This document shows positions 32,970 through 44,881 of a stretch of 64,000 nucleotides of DNA, piece by piece; position 1 is the stretch's first letter; the number at the start of each line of letters is the position of its first letter. The notes below the pieces were generated by a model. It had not been told where the DNA came from. It was given only the letters and a program-made list of their open reading frames with translations, and ran no database searches. Origin of the DNA: Hormiphora californensis (lineage: Eukaryota; Animalia; Ctenophora); contig CM035356.1 of assembly GCA_020137815.1 (NCBI GenBank), positions 5,456,001-5,520,000 on the forward strand. Direction: 5' to 3'. The position numbers and the translations under genes are program-made.

Positions 32970-35900
32970 TCAGAGGGTATCCAGAGGAGGTAGTTCCCTC
33001 CCGGGTTTATCAACACATATCGCACCGTACAAATTGTTCTCGTACAGATACCGGACTAACTTGTTTTTGTTTTCTATACTCTTACAACCTAGAGAGAACT
33101 TGTTGAGTAAGGGGTGGAGTCCAGCATGTGGGTCGATGGACTCGACAAAACAGAACATGATTTTGCTTCAACCCCTATCGTGACGGGGGAAGGGGTACTA
33201 AACTTCCTGTCAGCGAAACAGTTTTGAAGCTGTCAGGCCAGTGCTCTCAGAAGTGCTTTGACGATTCTGAAGTATACACTCGACAATCTGATTCAATGGA
33301 ATTAAGTTGCTATTTAGTTAAATTTTGAAGGGGGGGGGGGTGTCCTATCAGTATCGGCTGTCAGTTTATGAAATGGTGGAGAAACCGTTTAGGGGAATTG
33401 AATAGGCGAGGGAAATGGCAATGATTTTATGTCTTTAAGTTTAATGATAAATGGCTATAAAATTTAGCGGTTTCATTTCAGCACCAGAGTTGTTGGTACG
33501 AGGGGGAGGGGCACTGACAGTTATCAGTTAAAGGTGAAGTTAGAGGGTATAAGATGATCTACCATTTAAACTTTAAAGGGTGAAGTGAGAGTGAAGTTAT
33601 GGGGAAATAGATTCAGATTCTACTTGTTGAGTAAGGGGGGGGGGGAAGAGTCCCCCTTACTCAACAAGATTCTACAAGATTCTACAATACCTAGAATGCG
33701 TTCCATGAACTCCTCCTTGGCGCAGTTCCTTTCAGCGTCGGTTAACAGGAGGCACTGTCGAAACCTCTTATTTTCAGGGAAATGGGTAGCATAGAAATAC
33801 ACCTGGAGAAGAAGATTTGGTTTGGTTTGGTTTGGTTTGGTTTGGTTTGGTTTGGTTTGGTGGGGGTTTGGTTTGGTGGGGGTTTGGTTTGGTGGGGGTT
33901 TGGTTTGGTCTGGTTAAGTTTGGTTTGGTGAGGGTTTAGTTTGGTGGGGGTTTAGTTTGGTGGGGTTTAGTTTGGTGGGGGTTTAGTTTGGTTTGGTTTG
34001 GTTTGGTTTGGTGGGGTTTGGTTTGGTTTGGTGGGGGCGGGGGTTTGGTTTGGTTCGGCGGGGTTTGGTTTGGTTTGGCGGGGTTTGGTTTGGCGGGGGG
34101 TTTGGTTCAGTTTGGTTTGATTTGATTTGATTTGGTTTGGTTTGTTTTGGAGTTTGGTGGGGAGTTTGGTTTGGTTTGGTTTGGTTTGGTTTGGTTTGGT
34201 TTGGTTTGGTTTGGTTTGGTTTGGTTTGGTTTGGTTTGGTTTGGTTTGGTTTGGCGGGGGTTTGGTTCAGTTTGGTTTGATTTGATTTGGTTTGGTTTGG
34301 TTTGGTTTGGTTTGGTTTGGTTTGGAGTTTGGTGGGGGGTTTGGTTTGGTTCAGTTTGGTTTGGTTTGGTCTGGTTAAGTTTGGTTTGGTTTGGTTTGGT
34401 TTGGTTCAGTTTGGTTTGGTTTGATTTGGTTTGGTTCAGTTTGGTTTGGTTTGGTTTGGTTTGGTTTGGTTTGGTTTGGTTTGGTTTGGTTTGGTTTGGT
34501 TTGGTTTGGTTTGGTTTGGTTTGGTTTGGTTTGGTTTGGTTTGGTTTGGTTTGGTTTGGTTTGGTTTGGTTTGTTTGTTTGGTCTGCTTTGGTTTGGTTT
34601 GGTCTGACTACCCACCTCACTACCAGCATGTATCTCATCCAGCGGCCTCGGTTCCATTTCATAAAACTCTGTGTCCGTCTCTGTAAGGGACCGACAGGAT
34701 GTGTTCTGACGCAGACCAAGGTCTCTTCTTATCTGCCAAACTGTGTGGGTTGTTGAATGTTGAGTGTTACTACTACTACTAGTAGTAGTTGTTGAATGTT
34801 GAGTGTTGTTTGAATTAATATTTCTAGATTTATAGGGGATTTATAGCAGTTAGAGATTCGACTACTGGAGCCAGTTTGGGTATTGAGTTAAGTCTCGACT
34901 ATTATAATGAATAAATAATTTACTTTTACTAATATTAAATTTCTGTTTTCAAACTAAACTAAAACAGTGGACTGAATTCATCATTATTCTAATACAATAG
35001 AACACGTACCTTTGATAGTGTCAGTGAATGCGGTAGGCCACATTTTAACTGTAGAAGGTGTCCTAAATAAACCTTTAATCTTGATAACATTCTCCAGCTT
35101 GAAATATTGGAAAAGGACTTCACTGAAGCACCATCGCACTCTGTCGTACGCAATACAGCACCTGAGTGTAAGCGGGAGGGTACAAGTTTTGTTCATAGTT
35201 TGCCATAAACAGCTATCCTCGTACCCTGTCCGAGCATATATTGGCCTTACCCTATTCTCATTTCTCTCAAATAACCACGGAGCGCACGAGACCTGTGGTC
35301 AGAGTATTGGCCTGACAGCTCGCACCGTATTAATTTTTAATAAAACCTGTTCCACTGTGAGAAGTATAACGGTAAATATTGTTTACTTAATGGGATTTTG
35401 AAACTCTTGAAGTGACAACAGATTCAGTAAAATGATTAAGGGCGGGATGAAAACTTTAGTGGCCAATTCAATTTCATATGATACTGATAGGTCACACGCC
35501 TGTCTCTATGGTTGCTATAGTTTCATTCACTCTCGTCTCTTAGCCTCGAGTCAGTAATGATCTTGGGGGGTTTATGAGACAGTATGCATACACTTACAGT
35601 CGGACCCCGATTTATCGGGATGCTCGGGGGAAAGGGTTTCGCCCGGTAAATCGGGGTCAAATACAGTGAGTTTCCTAATCGGGGGACCGGGAAATGTATC
35701 CTCCCGGTAAATCGGAGTTTCGGTAAATCGGGGTCCGACTACATCGATATGCACCACCAAAACTAAAAGCTACCTCAGGTACCTGCGGAGGACGGATGCC
35801 CTGTAGCTCTCAGGGGTGTGGGTGCCAGATTTGGGCTTACAGTTTGGGAAAGGGAGCTGTCTCATCCAGGCCTCTAACATCCCCACAACCTCACTATTAC

Positions 35901-35985
35901 TGGTAGTTGACTGGACTAGGATCCATAGATCCGGGGCAGCAAGGGGAGGACGAGGGGTGGAGCTAGCACTCATCCTCTCAGACAT
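32970..35985 (-). CDS. Spliced orphan gene, ~236 aa, no recognised domain
   Basis: Exons 35985-35783 (or 35774), 35161-35010, 34740-34616, 33802-33691, 33088-32970 join in frame (phases 2,1,0,1) at GT-AG sites. The ATG is directly preceded by TAG, so an upstream exon or trans-splicing is possible. Confidence 0.7.
33817..34605. repeat. (TTTGG)n pentanucleotide satellite filling an intron
   Basis: Spans nearly all of intron 34615-33803. Confidence 0.95.
35597..35741. mobile_element. CAGTCGGACCCCG MITE family copy
   Basis: TA-CAGTCGGACCCCGATTTA...TAAATCGGGGTCCGACT. Confidence 0.8.
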
Positions 35986-36069
35986 CTAGATTATATAGCG
36001 CTGAGGGTGAGATGTCACCGACAGTGGTGCCACCCGCACAGTGCCACCCGTACAGTGCCGCCCACAGCG

Positions 36070-36136
36070 TGGTGACATATAGACACCTGGCGCGACCCCG
36101 CTCAATCTTGGTCGCACACGGTGTCTATGTCACCAA
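36070..36136. mobile_element. Short ~65-bp hairpin element, second copy at ~60408-60472
   Basis: GGTGACATATAGACACC...GGTGTCTATGTCACC at both loci. Confidence 0.65.
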
Positions 36137-36392
36137 GCCCACAGCGTGGTGCACAGCATCTTTAACATCGTGCACCACGCTGCGGGCGGCGCTGTGCGGG
36201 TGGCCAATATGACGGGGCACTTGTCAGATATATTACCAGAACACAATATCACTGAGAAAGATATATATCACTGAGAACATGTGTATAATTCAGTGTACAT
36301 GTGCACGGATTGAAACGAAGAGCGCAGAGAAAGAGAAGGAAATGGCGTAATGAGGGCCTACAGACCAGTCTTTTGTCCGTAACCAGTGCTCT

Positions 36393-36406
36393 GTTGCCAT
36401 GGCAAC
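36393..36406. promoter_or_regulatory. Perfect palindromic RFX X-box
   Basis: GTTGCCATGGCAAC about 410 bp upstream of the ATG at 35985. Confidence 0.5.
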
Positions 36407-36419
36407 CGTCAATGGAGAG

Positions 36420-36520
<101 letters not shown>

Positions 36521-36744
36521 TAAAACAAAGTAACTCAGGGTCCACCGCTCTACAAGGAGTAGCGAATGGTAAACGTAAATTGAAATATTACACACATCAC
36601 GCCCAGAAAACAAATACCAAATAGGAAAGCACACTGAGAACAAGCTACAAAAGCCCAGTTTCAAATAATATTCCCTAGTCACCACAGCATTCACTCAGAG
36701 CCCAAAATACCCAAAAAAAATATCCACTCAAATTGTCTGTGTGT

Positions 36745-39700
36745 CTATACTACATTGGTAGATAAAAGTCCAGGTGAAGAAATGGGTATATCAGGAAGGC
36801 CTCTCCTCAGGCTAATAGTTCCATTGCCATTGACCGTTATAGGTGGTTTGTTTATCCCCGGTATGAGATGGTGGGGTGGCACCTCTGGGCAGCTTGCCAG
36901 CGCTGGGTTATCTAGACATGATCCCAGTGAGAGTTGAGAGATAGCAGTAGTGTCACCATCATTCACGGTCATCATGGGAACGTTATACATGACAACACCC
37001 TGCCGTCTAACACAGGGAGAGTGAGTTTTTCGGCGGAGTTTCGTGATGGCCGCGATTTGGACGTCCAGTTTGCATCCCGGGAAGAGACAGTCTCGGTATG
37101 TTTTTACTACCAGTAGGTAGAGCAGGGGTAGGAAGACTCCGCCAAAACAGATCCACGCGTTGGAAAACTCAGCCAAGGGCTGGGGAATGGGCGTAGTGCT
37201 GAGCTTTAGGATACCTGAGAGGGGATTGGAGTTATGACACTGTTGGTCAATTAAAGCAGCTTACTAAAATTGATTATTGGTCTAGTTATACATTAACATT
37301 ATATAATCATTTTGCTCCAATATGTCTCTAGAGCTCTCTCCTAAGCTGATATAATATATGTCATCTAGAGAGAAAGAGGGATCAAGATGTCATCTCCAGC
37401 TAGAACTTACCACAGATAAAGAAGGGTATTACAGTGATGAGGAATATCCCCATAGCAATACAGGGTGTTAAATAGTTCCTGTGAGAGGGGAGAGAGGGAT
37501 TAGCAATACAGGGTGTCAAATAGTTCCTGTGAGAGGGGAGAGAGGGATTAGCAATACATGGTGTCAAATAGTTCCTGTGAGAGGGGAGAGAGGGATTAGC
37601 AATACAGGGTGTCAAATAGTTCCTGTGAGAGGGGAGAGAGGGATTAGCAATACAGGGTGTCAAATAGTTCCTGTGAGAGGGGAGAGAGGGATTAGCAATA
37701 CAGGGTGTCAAATAGTTCCTGTGAGAGGGGAGAGAGGGATTAGCAATACAGGGTGTCAAATAGTTCCTGTGAGAGGGGAGAGAGGGATTAGCAATACAGG
37801 GTGTCAAATAGTTCCTGGGAGAGGGGAGAGAGGGATTAGCAATACAGGGTGTCAAATAGTTCCTGTGAGATGGGAGAGAGGGATTAGCAATACAGGGTGT
37901 CAAATAGTTCCTGTGAGAGGGGAGAGAGGGATTAGCAATACAGGGTGTCAAATAGTTCCTGTGAGAGGGGAGAGAGGGATTAGCAATACAGGGTGTCAAA
38001 TAGTTCTTGTGAGAGGGGAGAGAGGGATTAGCAATACAGGGTGTCAAATAGTTCCTGTGAGAGGGGGATTAGCAATACAGGGTGTCAAATAGTTCCTGTG
38101 AGAGGGGAGAGAGGATTTAGCAATACAGGGTGTCAAATAGTTCCTGTGAGAGGGGAGAGAGGGATTAGCAATACATGGTGTCAAATAGTTCCTGTGAGAG
38201 GGGAGAGAGGGATTAGCAATACAGGGTGTCAAATAGTTCCTGTGAGAGGGGAGAGAGGGATTAGCAATACAGGGTGTCAAATAGTTCCTGTGAGAGGGGA
38301 GAGAGGGATTAGCAATACAGGGTGTCAAATAGTTCCTGTGAGAGGGGAGAGAGGGATTAGCAATACAGGGTGTCAAATAGTTCCTGTGAGAGGGGAGAGA
38401 GGGATTAGCAATACAGGGTGTCAAATAGTTCTTGTGAGAGGGGAGAGAGGGATTAGCAATACAGGGTGTCAAATAGTTCCTGTGAGAGGGGAGAGAGGGA
38501 TTAGCAATACAGGGTGTCAAATAGTTCCTGTGAGAGGGGAGAGAGGGATTAGCAATACATGGTGTCAAATAGTTCCTGTGAGAGGGGAGAGAGGGATTAG
38601 CAATACAGGGTGTCAAATAGTTCCTGTGAGAGGGGAGAGAGGGATTAGCAATACATGGTGTCAAATAGTTCCTGTGAGAGGGGAGAGAGGGATTAGCAAT
38701 ACAGGGTGTCAAATAGTTCCTGTGAGAGGGGAGAGAGGGATTAGCAATACAGGGTGTCAAATAGTTCCTGTGAGAGGGGAGAGAGGGATTAGCAATACAG
38801 GGTGTCAAATAGTTCCTGTGAGAGGGGAGAGAGGGATTAGCAATACAGGGTGTCAAATAGTTCCTGTGAGAGGGGAGAGAGGGATTAGCAATACAGGGTG
38901 TCAAATAGTTCCTGTGAGAGGGGAGAGAGGGATTAGCAATACAGGGTGTCAAATAGTTCCTGTGAGAGGGGAGAGAGGGATTAGCAATACAGGGTGTCAA
39001 ATAGTTCCTGTGAGAGGGGAGAGAGGGATTAGCAATACAGGGTGTCAAATAGTTCCTGTGAGAGGGGAGAGAGGGATTAGCAATACAGGGTGTCAAATAG
39101 TTCCTGTGAGAGGGGAGAGAGGGATTAGCAATACAGGGTGTCAAATAGTTCCTGTGAGAGGGGAGAGAGGGATTAGCAATACAGGGTGTCAAATAGTTCC
39201 TGTGAGAGGGGAGAGAGGGATTAGCAATACAGGGTGTCAAATAGTTCCTGTGAGAGGGGAGAGAGGGATTAGCAATACAGGGTGTCAAATAGTTCCTGTG
39301 AGAGGGGAGAGAGGGATTAGCAATACAGGGTGTCAAATAGTTCCTGTGAGAGGGGAGAGAGGGATTAGCAATACAGGGTGTCAAATAGTTCCTGTGAGAG
39401 GGGAGAGAGGGATTAGCAATACAGGGTGTCAAATAGTTCCTGTGAGAGGGGAGAGAGGGATTAGCAATACAGGGTGTCAAATAGTTCCTGTGAGAGGGGA
39501 GAGAGGGATTAGCAATACAGGGTGTCAAATAGTTCCTGTGAGAGGGGAGAGAGGGATTAGCAATACAGGGTGTCAAATAGTTCCTGTGAGAGGGGAGAGA
39601 GGGATTAGCAATACAGGGTGTCAAATAGTTCCTGTGAGAGGGGAGAGAGGGATTAGCAATACAGGGTGTCAAATAGTTCCTGTGAGAGGGGAGAGAGGGA

Positions 39701-42700
39701 TTAGCAATACAGGGTGTCAAATAGTTCCTGTGAGAGGGGAGAGAGGGATTAGCAATACAGGGTGTCAAATAGTTCCTGTGAGAGGGGAGAGAGGGATTAG
39801 CAATACAGGGTGTCAAATAGTTCCTGTGAGAGGGGAGAGAGGGATTAGCAATACATGGTGTCAAATAGTTCCTGTGAGAGGGGAGAGAGGGATTAGCAAT
39901 ACAGGGTGTCAAATAGTTCCTGTGAGAGGGGAGAGAGGGATTAGCAATACAGGGTGTCAAATAGTTCCTGTGAGAGGGGAGAGAGGGATTAGCAATACAG
40001 GGTGTCAAATAGTTCCTGTGAGAGGGGAGAGAGGGATTAGCAATACAGGGTGTCAAATAGTTCCTGTGAGAGGGGAGAGAGGGATTAGCAATACAGGGTG
40101 TCAAATAGTTCCTGTGAGAGGGGAGAGAGGGATTAGCAATACATGGTGTCAAATAGTTCCTGTGAGAGGGGAGAGAGGGATTAGCAATACAGGGTGTCAA
40201 ATAGTTCCTGTGAGAGGGGAGAGAGGGATTAGCAATACAGGGTGTCAAATAGTTCCTGTGAGAGGGGAGAGAGGGATTAGCAATACAGGGTGTCAAATAG
40301 TTCCTGTGAGAGGGGAGAGAGGGATTAGCAATACAGGGTGTCAAATAGTTCCTGTGAGAGGGGAGAGAGGGATTAGCAATACAGGGTGTCAAATAGTTCC
40401 TGTGAGAGGGGAGAGAGGGATTAGCAATACAGGGTGTCAAATAGTTCCTGTGAGAGGGGAGAGAGGGATTAGCAATACAGGGTGTCAAATAGTTCCTGTG
40501 AGAGGGGAGAGAGGGATTAGCAATACAGGGTGTCAAATAGAGTTGTATAGCAAGACATTTTGTTTCGTTATACAGCTCACCTTTCTCGTTTCACGAGCGA
40601 TTTTGGGCTTGCCCTCGAACCCCCGAACCACCTCATGGTATTATACCAGCGACTAAACCATAGTTTACATTTAACCTCTATTAAGTCCTCTCTTCTTCTC
40701 TCACAGTAAGAGAACAAAACAGCAACTATTTTATCTCTATATCTCTCAATTTCCCGCAAAATTTCTCTCTCACTCGCATGAGATTAACTCTCTCTCTCTC
40801 TCCCCTTCTATAGTTCAAGATTCATTCTCTCTCTCTCCCCCCACTACGCGATATCGATCACGCACTAATTAACAATTCCATTTTCCTTCCTACCTCAGTT
40901 GTATAGCAAGACATTTTGTTTTGTTATACAGCTCACCTTTCTCGTTTCACGAGCGATTTTGGGCTTGCCCTCGAACCCCCGAACCACCTCATGGTATTAT
41001 ACCAGCGACTAAACCATAGTTTACATTTAACCTCTATCAAGTCCTCTTTTCTTCTCTCACAGTAAGAGAACAAAACAGCAACTATTATCTCTATATCTCT
41101 CAATTTCCCGCAAAATTTCTCTCTCACTCGCATGAGATTAACTCTCTCTCTCTCTCCCCTTCTATAGTTCAAGATTCATTCTCTCTCTCTCCCCCCACTA
41201 CGCGATATCGATCACGCACTAATTAACAATTCCATTTTCCTTCCTACCTCAGTTGTATAGCAAGACATTTTGTTTTGTTATACAGCTCACCTTTCTCGTT
41301 TCACGAGCGATTTTGGGCTTGCCCTCGAACCCCCGAACCACCTCATGGTATTATACCAGCGACTAAACCATAGTTTACATTTAACCTCTATTAAGTCCTC
41401 TCTTCTTCTCTCACAGTAAGAGAACAAAACAGCAACTATTTTATCTCTATATCTCTCAATTTCCCGCAAAATTTCTCTCTCACTCGCATGAGATTAACTC
41501 TCTCTCTCTCTCTCCCCTTCTATAGTTCAAGATTCGTTCTCTCTCTCTCCCCCCACTACGCGATACCCTCCACCCGCCCCGAACCGCCCCGCCCACCACC
41601 AATATATACATACTAAACAAAACTGTTGACTGAGAACAAATCCTTGCTAGTTCAGCCTTCTAACCTAATCGGACTTAATTGATCCTAATCAGACAGATAG
41701 GTCTCACATTACACATATAATATATACCGCGGTAGCCATCAAGCTAATCGAGAAAGCAAATAAACTCAAGAACCAAGAGAAAGATCAGAAGAACTCATCC
41801 CCACCTGTCGCAGGGATAGAGAGCCAAAGATCCAAGACTCATAGGGAAGAAGAATCAATATCCTGCGACTCTCGAAGGAGTTTACCCTCCCGAACCCGAA
41901 GCCACCTATAATGGAACCTGTCCTGTGGGCAGTTCCTGATGGTGGGGGAGGGGAGGGGGGCTATTCTCCTAGTGCCGGCGATATCGCTTTGCGATAGTCC
42001 CCTGTGGGCTTGCCGTTGGCAAGCCCAGGCACTCCGTAGATAGATAGATAGAGAGGGTGTCAAATAGTTCCTGGGAGAGGGGAGAGAGGGATTAGCAATA
42101 CAGGGTGTCAAATAGTTCCTGTGAGATGGGAGAGAGGGATTAGCAATACATGGTGTCAAATAGTTCCTGTGAGAGGGGAGAGAGGGATTAGCAATACAGG
42201 GTGTCAAATAGTTCCTGTGAGAGGGGAGAGAGAGATTAGCAATACAGGGTGTCAAATAGTTCCTGTGAGAGGGGAGAGAGGGATTAGCAATACAGGGTGT
42301 CAAATAGTTCCTGAGAGAGGGGAGAGAGGGATTAGCAATACAGGGTGTCAAATAGTTCCTGTGAGAGGGGAGAGAGGGATTAGCAATACAGGGTGTCAAA
42401 TAGTTCCTGTGAGAGGGGAGAGAGGGATTAGCAATACATGGTGTTAAATAGTTCCTGTGAGAGGGGAGACAGGTTTGGTGTTAGTGGTGTATACATTTAG
42501 AGTCTCCCCGAGAACTTCCAAAGCTATATTATATCGTCAACAACTAGCAACTACATACACCTCGTGCCCTAATTGGTATATGACGTCATAATCGTATGAC
42601 TAATTACTGTGTGACGTCATTAATTACCGTGTAATTAATTACCTCTGTCATTCCAATGCTCTGACAGAACATAATCGTATGACGTCTTTAATTACCGTGT

Positions 42701-44881
42701 AATGGTGAGGTCCTTTGCCATTCCAGATTTCTTCTTCAGAATTGTGGCAGTTAGTCTCCGGTTATTTTCCTCCCTAACTAACAGCACCATGTAACTGGAC
42801 ATTATCAGGGCCAGGGGCAACACAAGGAATATTCCGATTGACCTACAGCAAGGGGATCAGTTATTAGAAGAGAGGAGTATCTGTTGCATTTGCAACTGTC
42901 AGCAGTGCGAAGCTCCACACAGATATCTAGGATCGAACAATATATCACGGAGAGTTTGTAGCGCCGCCAGACAGCTGAAGAATTAGATGAGTTTCACTTA
43001 CGTGAAGAAGAGAGTGAGATCCCGATATAGAAAACTCTGGTAGCATCCACCCCGTATCGGGTCGTATAAATACGGGTTATCTACTTTCAACAGCGGGTAC
43101 AACTAGGAAGGGGGAACAAGGGGTTAGGGGAGGATGGGGTTAGTTGATAATGGGGTTAGAGAAGGAAGTGGTTAGGGGAACAAGGGGTTAGGGAAGATAG
43201 GGGAGAATGGGGTTAGAGAAGGAAGTGGTTAGGGGAGAAAGTGGTTAGTGGAGAAAGGGGTTAGGGGAGATAGGGGAGAATGGGGTTAGGGGAGAATGGG
43301 GTTAGAGAAGGAAGTGGTTAGGGGAGAAAGGGTTTAGGGGAGGATGGGGTTAGGGGAGAAAGGGTTAGGGGAGAATGGGGTTAGGGGAGGATGGGGTTAG
43401 GGGAGAATGGGGTTAGAGAAGGAAGTGGTTAGGGGAGAAAGTGGTTAGGGGAGAAAGGGGTTAGGGGAGGATGGGGTTAGGGGAGAAAGGGGTTAGTGGA
43501 ATGAAGGGGTTGTGGAGGAATATGGTTAGCTAAGGAAGGGGTTAGCTAAGGAAGGGGTTAGGTAAGGAAGGGGTTAGGGAAGGAAGGGTTAGGGAAGAAA
43601 GGTTGGCTGTTGATGGAGAGTAATTTTAGTCAGCGGATATCGAATTTACAAGATGTGAAGCTGTGACAAGAAGGGTGGACAGAGCAATTAATTTTTGATG
43701 GATCCAGAAACAAAAAGAGAGATAGTATATAGTTTACTGACTTAGGAATTCTAAAGGGAGGCTGGAGCAATTAATTTTTGATGAATTTACATGACCCGTG
43801 TGAGAGAAAGCTCATTAATAATTGGACATGTCAACATATATTAGGTAATCTAGCACAGGATCCAATACCTCCCAACTCAATGCTGTTAGAAAGCTTTAAC
43901 TTTAAGTGATTTAACGTAGCGGTCATTTGAAATACAGTCAGACCCCGATTTACCGGGATGCTTGGGGGGAAAGGGTTCTATAGAGCTACTGATATTCCTT
44001 ACCTGCGGAAAAGCACAGATAAGCCAAGTATTGAGTGCAATCTGTTTACTAGTTGACACAGATATGGTAGTCCGCAGATCACTGTATCTCGCCACAATAA
44101 TATCAATCATCAATATGGCAGCGTGTACTATATATACAGTATAAATGTAGGAGGATAGGAGCCCGCACCACCAGCAGAATAAAACACCGAGACCCCATCC
44201 TGGTGCCACCATCGAGTAGCTTACCACTGGGGGGAGAGAGAGGGGGATTAGAATAGCTTACCACTAGGGGGAGAGAGGGGATTAGAATAGTGCAGTACTA
44301 TTAAATACAGAGAGAAAGGGTGATTAGGGAATGAACTTGTAGGACACAAATCTAGTGCCTGCACTACTTACAGGGAAATATGGTGAAACCAAGAAAGAAT
44401 TGGTTAAAGGAGAGCGATACAAAAAACACGAAAGTGAAGTTATCAACTTCTCTCCACCGTTCAATTATTGCTGATATTATCACAGACACATTCCCAAGAA
44501 TAGTGCACATCATGAGTGCCAAGTACAGGAGACATAGAACTGCAGGGAGAGAATGGGGTCACTACCATGGAGTTGGTGGTTTTGTACATTTATTGTACAT
44601 TGCCATTTTCCCGCGGAATTCAGTGTACAATGTATACGCGCCGCGCGCAGGTGTCAACTAATTTGGTGCCGCCGCACACGTCACAGCGGACAATTAGGTA
44701 CACCCAAATTGATAGTCTGGTAACGATAATGAAAACGTCTTCAATCATTAATAATTAATCATACTTAATTAATAATTGGTAATGAGGGATTCCTGTGAAA
44801 CAAAATGTATCAGAAAGTTATGAACTTACAGATCGAGAGAGGAAGGGCCCGGTCAACTACATTTTCAAGACTTTCCAGCAT
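36745..44881 (-). CDS. Complete rhodopsin-like (class A) GPCR, ~409 aa, 7 exons
   Basis: Exons 44881-44830, 44539-44372, 44226-44003, 43102-43002, 42842-42696, 37478-37411, 37214-36745 join in frame. TM1 CTILGN, TM2 FFVSLSFNQFFLGFTIFP, TM3 FCWW...ILMIDII, ECL2 GGCY, TM5 FLVLPLALIMSSY, TM6 GIFLITVIPFFI, TM7 GVFLPLLY, helix 8 KTYRDCL. Confidence 0.85.
37453..40540. repeat. 48-bp minisatellite, ~64 near-identical units, each a copy of the GPCR 3' splice site
   Basis: Minus-strand unit AATCCCTCTCTCCCCTCTCACAG|GAACTATTTGACACCCTGTATTGCT; one unit near 38060 is 8 bp short. Confidence 0.97.
40541..41565. repeat. ~355-bp unit triplicated in tandem
   Basis: AGTTGTATAGCAAGACATTTTG starts at ~40541, ~40897 and ~41251; copies near-identical. 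Confidence 0.95.
42054..42468. repeat. Second block (~8-9 units) of the 48-bp splice-acceptor repeat
   Basis: Same unit; the outermost copy shares the TTTAAC variant with the real exon at 37478. Confidence 0.95.
43105..43600. repeat. G-rich GGGGTTAGGGGAGA minisatellite (telomere-like; CTAAC plus pyrimidine tract on the gene strand)
   Basis: Many GGTTAGGG(G) units directly upstream of the exon-4 acceptor at 43103. Confidence 0.85.

Noticed and set aside
34132-34686. FGLVW / NQTKP repeat ORFs
   Set aside because: Translation of the intronic (TTTGG)n satellite.
38041-40656. 871-aa and 830-aa repeat ORFs as standalone genes, or the array as CRISPR
   Set aside because: They are translations of a stop-free 48-bp tandem unit; there are no unique spacers or cas genes, and the context is a eukaryotic intron.
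42975-43001. Possible 27-nt mini-intron after GPCR2 exon 4
   Set aside because: Using the acceptor at 42975 leads to an in-frame stop; the acceptor at 42843 gives a proper TM5.
43105-43600. Interstitial telomere
   Set aside because: TTAGGG occurs inside longer degenerate units, not as pure (TTAGGG)n.
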